Below, piece by piece: positions 26,240-35,575 of a DNA stretch of 41,378 bases. The position numbers and the translations under genes were made by a program. The stretch's first letter is position 1, and every line of letters begins with the position of its first letter. Under the pieces are notes generated by a model. That model made no database searches and was not told the origin of the DNA. It saw nothing but the letters and a program-made list of their open reading frames with translations. This stretch comes from a virus (lineage: Duplodnaviria > Caudoviricetes), in the IMG/VR virus record IMGVR_UViG_3300036771_000057, positions 1 to 41,378 of that record; one strand, written 5' to 3'.

Positions 26240-26779
26240 ATGATTCGTTTCCATTATACGGACAAAGAAATAGAAAAAATCCTTAAAACACTTACGATTG
26301 TTATCGATACAAGAGAACAACAGAATCAACATATTCGTGATTACTTACATCAAAAGGGGATACCGATTAAAAATCAAAAATTAGATACCGGTGATTACGG
26401 TTGTATGATTCCAAAAAATGAAGAGTTAGGCATTCCTCGTGATATCTACTTAGATAGCCGAGTAGAACGAAAAGCCCACATGGATGAGATCACAGGGAAC
26501 TTACAAAAAGATACGCAAACGGCTTTCGAGAATGAATTGATTCGTTCAAAAGATATTCCATTCACTCTAATTGTGGAGGACCTACATGGATATGAGAAGA
26601 TGCTACAAGGTAAGTATCGTTCAAAATATAACCCTTTAGCATTACTAGGCAGACTAAACACATTTAAAGCAAAATACGGCTTTGAAATTGTGTATTTGGA
26701 TAATAAATTCAGTGGTAATTGGATTTATCATCATTTTTATTATCAAGCTAGACATTATCTTAAAACAGGTATTTTCTAA
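26240..26779 (+). CDS. ERCC4-domain nuclease (putative junction resolvase)
   Basis: IDTREQ, LDTGDY, VERK motifs. Confidence 0.88.
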   Translation: MIRFHYTDKEIEKILKTLTIVIDTREQQNQHIRDYLHQKGIPIKNQKLDTGDYGCMIPKNEELGIPRDIYLDSRVERKAHMDEITGNLQKDTQTAFENELIRSKDIPFTLIVEDLHGYEKMLQGKYRSKYNPLALLGRLNTFKAKYGFEIVYLDNKFSGNWIYHHFYYQARHYLKTGIF

Positions 26780-26796
26780 GCTAGGAGGATAAGCCG

Positions 26797-26949
26797 ATGA
26801 AGAGACAAGAGCTTGTAAGGGAACGCTATGAGGTTATTAAAAAGCTTAAAAATAAAGAATTGTCTCAAAGGGAAGAAAATTATTTAAGACTCGAAAAGTA
26901 TTACCTCGAGAAAGAATTGATACACAGGAATAACCCTAAATTTACCTAA
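26797..26949 (+). CDS. 50-aa hypothetical protein
   Basis: AGGAGG RBS; MKRQELVRERYEVIKKL... Confidence 0.6.
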   Translation: MKRQELVRERYEVIKKLKNKELSQREENYLRLEKYYLEKELIHRNNPKFT

Positions 26950-26958
26950 GGAGAAGCA

Positions 26959-27105
26959 ATGGACAGGAAACAAATTTACATCGATGTCCTGATACATAAG
27001 GGAATTTACAAAGAAGAAGATACAGGACGTCAGCTTTATGAAATGAGTGAGTTGGAGTTATTCGAGTTGATAAAAGGAGATGGAGAGAATGAGAGAAGCG
27101 ATTGA
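26959..27105 (+). CDS. FbpA (Fur-regulated basic protein)-like small protein
   Basis: IDVLIHKGIYK...RQLYEMSELEL matches the FbpA family pattern. Confidence 0.7.
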   Translation: MDRKQIYIDVLIHKGIYKEEDTGRQLYEMSELELFELIKGDGENERSD

Positions 27106-27280
27106 AGAGTATATCGAACAGTTGCAACAATCGGCAGTGGAAAACAGAAAAGAAGCTGATAAGGCTTACGAAGCTGAAGATTTAGGACTTGCTGGTTTCT
27201 ACAGGGGGAAATGGATTGCGAATGAAGGGACGGCAATTGCATTAATGACTATCTTATCTAAATACAAGGAGGAAAAATGA
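27089..27280 (+). CDS. Hypothetical phage protein
   Basis: Operonic ORF. Confidence 0.65.
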   Translation: MREAIEEYIEQLQQSAVENRKEADKAYEAEDLGLAGFYRGKWIANEGTAIALMTILSKYKEEK

Positions 27281-27639
27281 TGAAAAATACACAGCATGGG
27301 ACTTACGAAGTAACTCAATTATTAGCGGGTGCGAAACCGAAAACATTTGTAATTCCTTATGATCATGGGTGGATTATTACTTTCGCTGAAGTTAAAGGGA
27401 AATACGTTGGTGAACATGAAGGTATAAAGCTTTTCGTCCATTTTGATAAGTATTTATGTATGTTTTGTGCCTCGGAAGTAAGTTCAGGTGTTTGCGTTGC
27501 AAGGTCGTTTAAAGAGAAGTATGTGATTGAAAAAGCTAAGCGAAGAATTGCTGTTAATAGACCAGGTTTCGAACGACATAAGAATTATCTTTTAGAAGAA
27601 TGTGGTGTTTTAAATGATGAAGAAGGAGCAAAACAATGA
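27277..27639 (+). CDS. Hypothetical phage protein
   Basis: AGGAGG RBS, operonic. Confidence 0.7.
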   Translation: MMKNTQHGTYEVTQLLAGAKPKTFVIPYDHGWIITFAEVKGKYVGEHEGIKLFVHFDKYLCMFCASEVSSGVCVARSFKEKYVIEKAKRRIAVNRPGFERHKNYLLEECGVLNDEEGAKQ

Positions 27640-27723
27640 ACGTAACAAGCTGTAACTACACGTATTGGGAAGAAGCGATTGAGGAGTTTTACAGAAAACA
27701 AGAAGCGGAAAGAGGTAATAAGA

Positions 27724-27960
27724 ATGGCAACTAAGATCATTGTTTATACGAAAAATTCATGCCCAAATTGCAATCAAGTTAAATGGGCCCTAAATGCTGC
27801 AGGAGTAGCATTTGAAACTCGAAACATAGAAGAAAAAGCAGAGTATAAGAAGGAATTTGATAAGTACGGATATAGTGCGGCACCAGTAACGGTATTCCCG
27901 AATGGTAAGGCACTTGTGGGATTTGAGTTTGGTGAATTTGCAGAAGAACTTGGGTTATAG
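27724..27960 (+). CDS. NrdH/glutaredoxin-like protein
   Basis: VYTKNSCPNC, AAPV and LVGF motifs. Confidence 0.88.
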   Translation: MATKIIVYTKNSCPNCNQVKWALNAAGVAFETRNIEEKAEYKKEFDKYGYSAAPVTVFPNGKALVGFEFGEFAEELGL

Positions 27961-27970
27961 GAGGGATTGC

Positions 27971-28138
27971 ATGAAGAAAGAAACCAAAATACAGGTGGAA
28001 GGTGAGCTTGAATCAGTAGAAAGCGAGATTTACAGGAAGCAATATCATTTGAACGGATTGAATAGTGAGAAACGAAAAACAGAGAAAGCATTGGAAGAGT
28101 TAAAGAAACAGAAAGAGAAATTGAAAAGTTACTTATAA
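27971..28138 (+). CDS. Small coiled-coil protein
   Basis: GGAGGG RBS. Confidence 0.65.
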   Translation: MKKETKIQVEGELESVESEIYRKQYHLNGLNSEKRKTEKALEELKKQKEKLKSYL

Positions 28139-28151
28139 GGAGCGGATAAAG

Positions 28152-28484
28152 ATGAATTTTAAAGAATATCAAACAGCAGTTACAAGAACATTTGCAGCAG
28201 GAAGAACGTACGAGGAGAACGCTACAAACTATGCTATGGGATTATGTGGAGAAGCTGGTGAAGTTACAGACCATATTAAGAAGGCGGTATATCATGGCCA
28301 CAATTTAAATGAAGACGAGGTTGAGAAGGAGTTAGGTGATGTACTTTGGTACCTGGCAGCATTAGCAGAAACTCACCATCTTGATTTAAATGAGATCGCA
28401 GAGAAGAACATTCATAAGTTAATGAAGCGATTCCCGAATGGATTTAGTGAGGAAGACAGTAAAAAACGAGTGGATATGAAGTAA
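28152..28484 (+). CDS. MazG-like nucleotide pyrophosphohydrolase
   Basis: GLCGEAGEV...KELGDVLWY motif. Confidence 0.92.
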   Translation: MNFKEYQTAVTRTFAAGRTYEENATNYAMGLCGEAGEVTDHIKKAVYHGHNLNEDEVEKELGDVLWYLAALAETHHLDLNEIAEKNIHKLMKRFPNGFSEEDSKKRVDMK

Positions 28485-28523
28485 GACCAAATTTGAATTT
28501 TATTAAAAAAGGAGCTGTGAAAT

Positions 28524-28685
28524 ATGAAAGATGTAAAGATAGAAAACACTTGTGGAAGTTTACGTATTTTTGTAGATGGAACTGTTATTGGAAATGTATC
28601 CGACGAGATTGGGAAAGTGGTTACAGAGAATTTATTAATAAACTTGGATAAAGCTGGAGCTATTAACCTAACTATTGAAAACTAA
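28524..28685 (+). CDS. 53-aa hypothetical cassette gene
   Basis: MKDVKIENTCGSLRIFVDG...; bounded by cassette motifs. Confidence 0.65.
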   Translation: MKDVKIENTCGSLRIFVDGTVIGNVSDEIGKVVTENLLINLDKAGAINLTIEN

Positions 28686-28717
28686 ACCAAAGCGTTATTT
28701 TAATCGAAAAGGGGAAT

Positions 28718-28792
28718 GAAAAAGAGCCATGAGTTGTGAAGGCTCATGACTCATTGTATAAGGGTAAAGTCAAATTAATGACTTTATAGATA
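28718..28792 (-). ncRNA. Putative small RNA filling a non-coding cassette
   Basis: Minus-strand TTGTAT-16-GATACT promoter, hairpin taaagtca/tgacttta, terminator gagtcatgag/ctcatggctc with T5. Confidence 0.5.
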
Positions 28793-28871
28793 TATAGTAT
28801 CACAATTATCCAAATAAATACAATGAAAGTAAATTAAATGGTATAAAAATTTCATTTTGTAGAAAAGGGGA

Positions 28872-29114
28872 ATGGATATGTTAAGTGTGATTAAAAACTT
28901 GCAGACTGTTAGAGAAGTGTTTGTACTTAACGATGAATACAGTTTCGATAGCGAAAATCATGCAGAACGATTTGTAAAGAAGTTGCTTTGGCTAATTGAG
29001 TCGTCATATAGAGAAGGTAGTTTTTATAGGGAATACGAAGAGTTGTCTGACTTCATTTATAGTGGGCATGCGGATAGTTTAGCTTACTTTCTATTTACAG
29101 ATGGAAATTATTAA
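28872..29114 (+). CDS. Hypothetical cassette gene
   Basis: AAGGGG RBS inside the cassette motif. Confidence 0.7.
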   Translation: MDMLSVIKNLQTVREVFVLNDEYSFDSENHAERFVKKLLWLIESSYREGSFYREYEELSDFIYSGHADSLAYFLFTDGNY

Positions 29115-29351
29115 TTTTTTAACGAAATAATCCTTTTAGAAGAAAGTGAGGTTAGGTTCACAGTGAACCTGAGCCTAAATTTAAAATTTTCATTTCTCAC
29201 GAAAAAACGGCTCTATATAATAAGGAAATTAAACGTTTAAATTAATTCCGAATGCAATTGGTCATGTGGACATTAAAACGTCTAAAAACGTGTAAAAACA
29301 GTGTATAAAATGATTCATCGGTTTGAGGTGAAACTACAAGGGGGAAAAACG

Positions 29352-29474
29352 ATGAAAAAGCATAAAAAACGTAAAGTTAGGAAAGCAATCGCTCGTAGAG
29401 GTAAATCAGTTGAAAGATATCGTGTTGAAACAGCATGGAGAAACATTTTTGTACAAGCAGGCATCCTAAAATAA
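29352..29474 (+). CDS. 40-aa basic protein (DUF3983-like)
   Basis: MKKHKKRKVRKAIARR...AWRNIFVQAGILK. Confidence 0.7.
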   Translation: MKKHKKRKVRKAIARRGKSVERYRVETAWRNIFVQAGILK

Positions 29475-29490
29475 GAGAGGTGATCATACA

Positions 29491-29880
29491 TTGCTAGAAT
29501 GGTTAAAAGATTATCATAAATTAGAAGATGAAATTATCTACTTAGAAAGTGATTTAGATAGAAGTAAACGAGAATTAAAACGCTGGGTGTATGGTGACTT
29601 ACAAGAAGTACGATTAACTAATGAATCAGAAGGAGCGAAACTTGAAGATCGTATCGCTGTACGTGAACATGATTTAGCTCATAAGATGAACGACATGTTT
29701 GATTTCAAAAAGGTAATTAGTACGTTTCACGGATTGGAACACAAGATTATGTATGGTAAGTATGTGGAGGGCAAGACATTGGAAAAGCTTGCTGAAGAGT
29801 TAGATTACAGTCCGCGTTATATCTATAATAAACATTCGCAAATAAAGCGTATGATTGAATATGCTCAAAAGCTAAGTTAA
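29491..29880 (+). CDS. ArpU/RinA-like late transcription activator
   Basis: C-terminal KYVEGKTLEKLAEELDYS HTH; last early gene; followed by agttca direct repeats and a promoter-like sequence. Confidence 0.8.
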   Translation: MLEWLKDYHKLEDEIIYLESDLDRSKRELKRWVYGDLQEVRLTNESEGAKLEDRIAVREHDLAHKMNDMFDFKKVISTFHGLEHKIMYGKYVEGKTLEKLAEELDYSPRYIYNKHSQIKRMIEYAQKLS

Positions 29881-30359
29881 CAAAACATTAAGTTCACTTC
29901 AGTTCATGTTAACTATTGCAAAAAGAGGTTATAGTAATAGTATAAAGAATTAACGAAAGGGCAACTGAACGAAACGGTTGTCCTTTTTTATAAATATTAG
30001 AATGCGCAGAGATGGACGCATTTCCTCACGACGAGGACAATGAGCCGTACCCTTATCTTTGGTCAGTAGATTAGCACTGTACCTTCATCTCAAATAAAAA
30101 TATTAAAATATCACGTACCGGACTATATTTATAAATGATATGTATAGACAGTAATGTATACATTCTTTGTTAGGTAATTAGAAATGAATATAGATATCTA
30201 TCTTTCTGTAAGAAGGCTATATTCTTCTCTATTTACCTATACATATATTTTTACTAATTTATTATGATATCGATATTGATTTAAAGTGAATTAATTAAAC
30301 TATAGCATTCATTCGGGTGCTTTTATTTTGTGTTATCCTTAAGAAAAGGAGGAGCAACT

Positions 30360-30563
30360 ATGAATGAGAATTTCTATTTTATTTCTTATATGTGGGAAAA
30401 CGCTAAATTCAATGTGAGTTGGACTCCAGGGCACATTGTTGTAAATGAACATCCATTGGAGTGGTATGAACGAGTGAAATGGCAAGGGGATGTAAACTAT
30501 ATAATAATTAGTTTTCAATCTATTTCTAAAGAAGAGTATGAAAAATTTAAAGTTATTCTGTAA
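30360..30563 (+). CDS. Hypothetical protein (moron)
   Basis: AGGAGG RBS, followed by a terminator at 30563-30590. Confidence 0.7.
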   Translation: MNENFYFISYMWENAKFNVSWTPGHIVVNEHPLEWYERVKWQGDVNYIIISFQSISKEEYEKFKVIL

Positions 30564-30628
30564 AAGTAGCGAATCAGCTGCTTTTTTTATTTTATAAATA
30601 AGATTCTTTTGAACGAAGAGGTGATGTA

Positions 30629-30733
30629 ATGACGTGGTTAAGCTTCTTTATTGGGTATGGTGCAGGATTTACACTTTGCTTGCTAATCATGATTCAGTTC
30701 ATTAAGGCGAAGGAAGTAAAGGAATTAGATTGA
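30629..30733 (+). CDS. 34-aa membrane peptide
   Basis: GAGGTG RBS; MTWLSFFIGYGAGFTLCLLIMIQFIKAKEVKELD. Confidence 0.6.
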   Translation: MTWLSFFIGYGAGFTLCLLIMIQFIKAKEVKELD

Positions 30734-30752
30734 TAAGGGGTGAGGATAGTTC

Positions 30753-31079
30753 ATGCAACCTCTAACAATACAAGAGATTAATAAACTATATGAGCAAGAT
30801 AATATCATTAAATTCTATAAGCATCATTATTGGAGAAGGAACATTAGAATTAAAGCATTAGAGAGAGACAACAACGAATGTCAGGAGTGCAAGCGTAAAG
30901 GTAAGTATAGCAAAGGCCGTAACGTCCATCATATCAAGGAGTTGAGGGACAGACCAGACTTAGCTTATACATTAAGCAACCTAGAAACGTTATGTATTCA
31001 ATGCCATAACAAAGAGCATGGCAAAGAGAAGAACATAGTGAAGAAGCGCTGCACGATAGTAGATGAAGAGAGGTGGTAA
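30753..31079 (+). CDS. Terminase-associated HNH endonuclease
   Basis: CQEC...VHHIK...NLETLCIQCHNKEH. Confidence 0.92.
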   Translation: MQPLTIQEINKLYEQDNIIKFYKHHYWRRNIRIKALERDNNECQECKRKGKYSKGRNVHHIKELRDRPDLAYTLSNLETLCIQCHNKEHGKEKNIVKKRCTIVDEERW

Positions 31080-31390
31080 GTGTGGACATATTAATGGTGC
31101 AAGGTAACACATATGATTTATTACTCATTAACAAGATGATGATAGTCGGAGAGTCTGAGTATAGAGAGAAGTACGTTGAGATATACAAACAGTTTCAACG
31201 TGACATCTACACAACATACAAACAGATACGTCACATATGTAATCCAAGAGCATGTGAGAAGACATCTTTACAAACTGTAAAGGCTAGTCTTAAAGAGCAT
31301 TGGTTAGAACAATATTTAAATCTAACATTACAAGAAGCTAACTTAGTGATTGATTATGCTGATAAGTTTTTTGGTTTAGCTATTAAATAA
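31073..31390 (+). CDS. Hypothetical protein
   Basis: Operonic ORF between HNH and the cos region. Confidence 0.7.
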   Translation: MVSVDILMVQGNTYDLLLINKMMIVGESEYREKYVEIYKQFQRDIYTTYKQIRHICNPRACEKTSLQTVKASLKEHWLEQYLNLTLQEANLVIDYADKFFGLAIK

Positions 31391-31409
31391 TTTAAAATAA
31401 ATTTCCCAA

Positions 31410-31505
31410 GACACCCCCCCGGTTAAAATATAGAAACAATTTTGCTGGGGGACCAGGCAACGCGGGGGGGAGATTTGTCTTTTTATTTTTTGCTTTCCGC
31501 GCGTG
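31410..31505. other. Putative cos region
   Basis: GC-rich island (C7 run, caggcaacgcGGGGGGG, ccgcgcgtg) between HNH and terS, as in HK97-type cos phages. Confidence 0.65.
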
Positions 31506-31575
31506 AAACAGAAAAAAGAGCAAAAAAACATGTTATCTTGTCTTCTAAATTAATTAATGAAAGTGTGGTGATACC

Positions 31576-32025
31576 GTGACAATCAAGAAAAAAAACTATG
31601 AATTGGCTTTTGAAGATTATAAAAATGGCATGTCATACGCTGATATTGCTATAAAATACGGCGTTGCTGAAACTACTGTCCGTGATACGTGGCGTAAGCG
31701 ACATTGGAAAGAAGCATTAAAAGAACATACTAATTTACGAGATAAGATCCGTGATGACTTACTAGGTCAAATGAGGTCAAACGGTGTCATTCACGGACAT
31801 TTTCTTGATTTGGTCGAAGATTACATGGCAATGTGGGATATCAAAAACAATTTGATTGCTGATATTGAAGAACGTGGTGTATCTGTACTAGGTGCTAATG
31901 GATTTATGAAGAAAAACGATAGCATTAACGAGTTGAATAAGACTAATACACAAATGTTAAAGATTCTTAATGAACTTGGGCTTAAATCGGTAAGTGAGGA
32001 TGATGACGATGATGCAGAAGTCTAA
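31576..32025 (+). CDS. terS: Terminase small subunit (P27 family)
   Basis: N-terminal HTH; DIEERGV...KKNDSI...QMLKILNELGL. Confidence 0.88.
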   Translation: MTIKKKNYELAFEDYKNGMSYADIAIKYGVAETTVRDTWRKRHWKEALKEHTNLRDKIRDDLLGQMRSNGVIHGHFLDLVEDYMAMWDIKNNLIADIEERGVSVLGANGFMKKNDSINELNKTNTQMLKILNELGLKSVSEDDDDDAEV

Positions 32026-33676
32026 TCTTCTTTATAAATATCACCCGTACATTGATGAGTATATAGACAGTGTGGAAAGCGGACTCGTTAGGACTTGTAA
32101 TGAACAGAAACAACTTGTAGCCCTAGTCAAAAAAACTTTAGATGATCCAAATGTTTATATTGATGCAAAAGCAATTGAAGATAGTGTTAAAGTTCCAGAG
32201 CCGTATTTCCCTTTCAAACTTTACGCTTGGCAAAAATTTGTAAACGCTTGTGTATATGGAGTTCGATATAAAGATACTGATCGTTTGGTTTGGAATCAAT
32301 TTTTAATCTTAATGGGTCGTGGTGGCGGGAAAAATGGTTATGGTGGATATCATAACTTCTATACGACTTCGAAACAGTTCGGAATTGATAATTATCATGT
32401 CGAATGGGTTGCCACTTCAGAACAACAAGCAAAAACTACATTCCAGGACGTTCGAAATGTAATTGAACACCCTAAAAATAGTGTTTTAAAGAAGTCATTT
32501 AATACAACTAAAGTGATAATTGAACACAAAAGAAATAAATCTCACATCAAATACAATACTTCGAACGCTAGAACGAAAGATGGTTTAAGACCTGGCGCGG
32601 TTTGGTTCGATGAAATTCATGAATATGAAGATTATGCTTCTATAAAAGTATTTCGTTCGGCTTTAGGTAAAGTAAAAGACGGTCGAACTTTCTATTTAAC
32701 CACAGACGGATACGTTCGTGGTGGTGTTTTAGACGACATGAAAGAAAAGGCGCGAATGGTTTTAAGTGGTGAAGTTGAAAATAGTAAGTTATTCCCCTTC
32801 ATCTGCAAATTAGATTCCGAAGAAGAAGTCGAAGATATTGCAAACTGGGAAAAAGCTAATCCTTCTATTAGAGATAACACGGAACTATTCGAAACGATGA
32901 AAGAAGAATGGGCCGATTGTCAGACGAACATCCCGATGCATGTTGAGTTTATGACAAAAAGGATGAATATTCCTAAACAGTTGTTTCAACACAAGATTGC
33001 TACCTATGAGGATCTTCTTGCAACAGATCAACCTTTGCCTGATGATTTACACAAATATGAATGTATTGGTGGTGTGGATTACGCAGAATTACGCGACTTC
33101 TGCAGCGTCGGTTTGCTATTTAAACGAGAAGGAAAGCGCTATTGGATTCACCACACTTTCATATGGCATCAGGCGTTGAAAATGCAGGATATTAATCAAG
33201 ATATTATTGATATTGGTGTGGAAAAAGGACTCTTCACCATCGTCTACGATAAAGAAATCGAGCCCAAACGTGTTATCAATTGGTTTTTAGAAAAAGCGAA
33301 AACATACGATATTAAGCGTATCGCGATTGATAAATTCAGATCTGTAGTCTTGAAACCTTTATTAGAAGAAGCTGGTTTTAACGAAAGAGTTGAGGTAGTG
33401 CGACGCGGTCCGTATATCCACGCGATGTTAGACCCGTTAATCCAACATTTATTCATCAATCATAATATTGTTTTTCACGATGATCCTGTTATGCGTTGGT
33501 ACTGTGGAAATATCTATGTGGACGAACTAGGAAATGGCTCAAAAGAATATAAAAAAATCGACCCTGTCAAAAGAAAAACTGACGGGTTTTTTGCATTCAC
33601 ACACGCCCTCAATTTCGATGGTGATCTTGAAGACTATGCAGTCGATTTAAACGATATGCACGTATGGTCATTCTAA
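32012..33676 (+). CDS. terL: Terminase large subunit
   Basis: MGRGGGKNG Walker A, WFDEIH Walker B, GGVDYA and KTDG nuclease motifs. Confidence 0.95.
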   Translation: MQKSNLLYKYHPYIDEYIDSVESGLVRTCNEQKQLVALVKKTLDDPNVYIDAKAIEDSVKVPEPYFPFKLYAWQKFVNACVYGVRYKDTDRLVWNQFLILMGRGGGKNGYGGYHNFYTTSKQFGIDNYHVEWVATSEQQAKTTFQDVRNVIEHPKNSVLKKSFNTTKVIIEHKRNKSHIKYNTSNARTKDGLRPGAVWFDEIHEYEDYASIKVFRSALGKVKDGRTFYLTTDGYVRGGVLDDMKEKARMVLSGEVENSKLFPFICKLDSEEEVEDIANWEKANPSIRDNTELFETMKEEWADCQTNIPMHVEFMTKRMNIPKQLFQHKIATYEDLLATDQPLPDDLHKYECIGGVDYAELRDFCSVGLLFKREGKRYWIHHTFIWHQALKMQDINQDIIDIGVEKGLFTIVYDKEIEPKRVINWFLEKAKTYDIKRIAIDKFRSVVLKPLLEEAGFNERVEVVRRGPYIHAMLDPLIQHLFINHNIVFHDDPVMRWYCGNIYVDELGNGSKEYKKIDPVKRKTDGFFAFTHALNFDGDLEDYAVDLNDMHVWSF

Positions 33677-33692
33677 GAAAGGGGGTGAAAAA

Positions 33693-34919
33693 ATGGGTAT
33701 TCGTAATCTTTTTAATTTTGTTTTAGGTACAAGTGATAGTGGGACAACTCCAGATGTTGATTGTAGCGTAATGACACTTAAAGCTGAAATTGCTTATAAA
33801 AAACTGTATGTCAACGCTGCTATTGGTTTAATTGCTCGTAGTTTAGTAGCTTGTGACTTTGAATCTTATCGAAACGGTAAGTTAAAGAGAAGTGTGAACT
33901 ACTATCAACTGAATGTAGCGCCAAATAAGAACGAAAATGCTCATGAGTTTTGGTGTAAGGTTGTTCATCAGTTAATTTACGAAAATGAAGCGTTAATTCT
34001 ACCTATTGGAGAAGAGATGTGGGTAGCAGAATCGTTTCATCGTGAAACTACGAATGGTTTTAATGAGTATATTTATAAAAATATTTCGGTTAATAACAAC
34101 TTATTAACTACACCATTTAGAGGAGAAGACGTTCTGTACTTGAGTCTTTCCGAAGAATCGATAAACAGTGTTATTGACAGTCTTTATAACTCGTATGGGT
34201 TATTGCTTGCGAAAGCATTGTCTGACTATCGTGGTAACGGTAGAAAAAGATATCTATTCAAGGGACGATTCATGAATTCCTTAACAGATAAAGATGGTAA
34301 AGCTGCTCAAGAACTGTTTGAAGAAAAAATGAAAGACTATATGGACCCAGAGAAAATAGCGTCAGTCCTTTTCCTACCCGATAACGTCCAAATGGAAGAC
34401 CAAAGTAAAGATCCTCGCAATCTAGATACTAGAGACATTAAAAATCTCGCTAAAGATATGCTAGATTTCGTGGCTTCTGCTTTCCACATTCCACCATCAT
34501 TATTAAGTGGAATACCGGACCCAGGCTCGAAAGAACAACAAGGTGACCTTGACAATTTCATACTTTTCGCGGTTCGTCCCATCGGTGACATGATTGCAAA
34601 TGAATACAACAAAAAAATGTTTACACGTGATGAATATTTAAATAAAACATACGTTAAATTCAGCATGGACAACTTCAAATTGTTCGATCTTACTAAGTTT
34701 GCTAATTCAGTTGACAAGTTATTTGCGGTCGGTGGTATGAGCATAAACGATGTATTAGAACGATTAGGAAAAGAACAAATAAAAGAAGATTGGGCTGATG
34801 AACGTTATGTCACTAAGAATTATGAGAGAGCAAGGATAAGCGGAACTATGGAAGGGGGTGAAAATGATGGAAATGGAAAAGATTCAACCAAAGTTCCTAA
34901 TGATGGACAGACAACCTGA
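33693..34919 (+). CDS. Portal protein (HK97 family)
   Basis: PNKNENAHEFW, ASAFHIPPSLL, MSINDV. Confidence 0.93.
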   Translation: MGIRNLFNFVLGTSDSGTTPDVDCSVMTLKAEIAYKKLYVNAAIGLIARSLVACDFESYRNGKLKRSVNYYQLNVAPNKNENAHEFWCKVVHQLIYENEALILPIGEEMWVAESFHRETTNGFNEYIYKNISVNNNLLTTPFRGEDVLYLSLSEESINSVIDSLYNSYGLLLAKALSDYRGNGRKRYLFKGRFMNSLTDKDGKAAQELFEEKMKDYMDPEKIASVLFLPDNVQMEDQSKDPRNLDTRDIKNLAKDMLDFVASAFHIPPSLLSGIPDPGSKEQQGDLDNFILFAVRPIGDMIANEYNKKMFTRDEYLNKTYVKFSMDNFKLFDLTKFANSVDKLFAVGGMSINDVLERLGKEQIKEDWADERYVTKNYERARISGTMEGGENDGNGKDSTKVPNDGQTT

Positions 34920-35562
34920 GAGTAAGAAAGCTGTGGCTTATATGTACGGCGTTGTTGGTGATGGATGGTTCGGCGACATTAACACTAAAAATACTCGTGA
35001 AATGTTCGACAATATCGATGCTGATGAAATCGAAATTCACATCAATTCAAATGGCGGTGATGCATTCGAAGGTATTGCAATTTGCAACTATCTACGAAAC
35101 CACAAAGCACATATAACAGTTGTCGTTGATGGTATAGCCGCTTCAGCCGCCTCATTAATAGCGATGGGCGCCGATAAAATAGTTATGCCTTCAAATGCAA
35201 CTATGATGGTTCACAAGGCTTCTACGTACGCATACGGTAACGCTGACTATTTAGATAAGCAAGCTAAAATGTTACGTGATGTCGATGATGCTTTGATTCA
35301 AACGTACAGAAACCGTTTTAATGGTGAATTTTTTGAATTAGAAGCGTTACTCGATAACGAAACTTACATGACTGCTGAAAAAACGTTATCTTATGGCTTA
35401 TGCGATGAGATTGCTGATGCAGAGAAAAGTGTGGACAGCAAAGAAGAAAAATTAAAACCTGAAGAAGAAGCACCTATCGAAAACGAAGGTGACAAACGTA
35501 TTCAAAACGCTGAGAAATCAGCAAACTTTATGGCTTCATTATTAAAATCTATCAAACTATAG
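34867..35562 (+). CDS. ClpP-type prohead protease
   Basis: INSNGGD, GIAASAAS, MMVH, ETYMTAE. Confidence 0.93.
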   Translation: MEMEKIQPKFLMMDRQPESKKAVAYMYGVVGDGWFGDINTKNTREMFDNIDADEIEIHINSNGGDAFEGIAICNYLRNHKAHITVVVDGIAASAASLIAMGADKIVMPSNATMMVHKASTYAYGNADYLDKQAKMLRDVDDALIQTYRNRFNGEFFELEALLDNETYMTAEKTLSYGLCDEIADAEKSVDSKEEKLKPEEEAPIENEGDKRIQNAEKSANFMASLLKSIKL

Positions 35563-35575
35563 GAGGTACTTTACA

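Noticed and set aside
29887-29914. dif-like site (tcatgttaact resembles a XerD arm)
   Set aside because: No matching left arm at 6-bp spacing; better explained as late-promoter/activator sequence. Weak look-alikes near 15635-15658 and 30232-30259 also fail.
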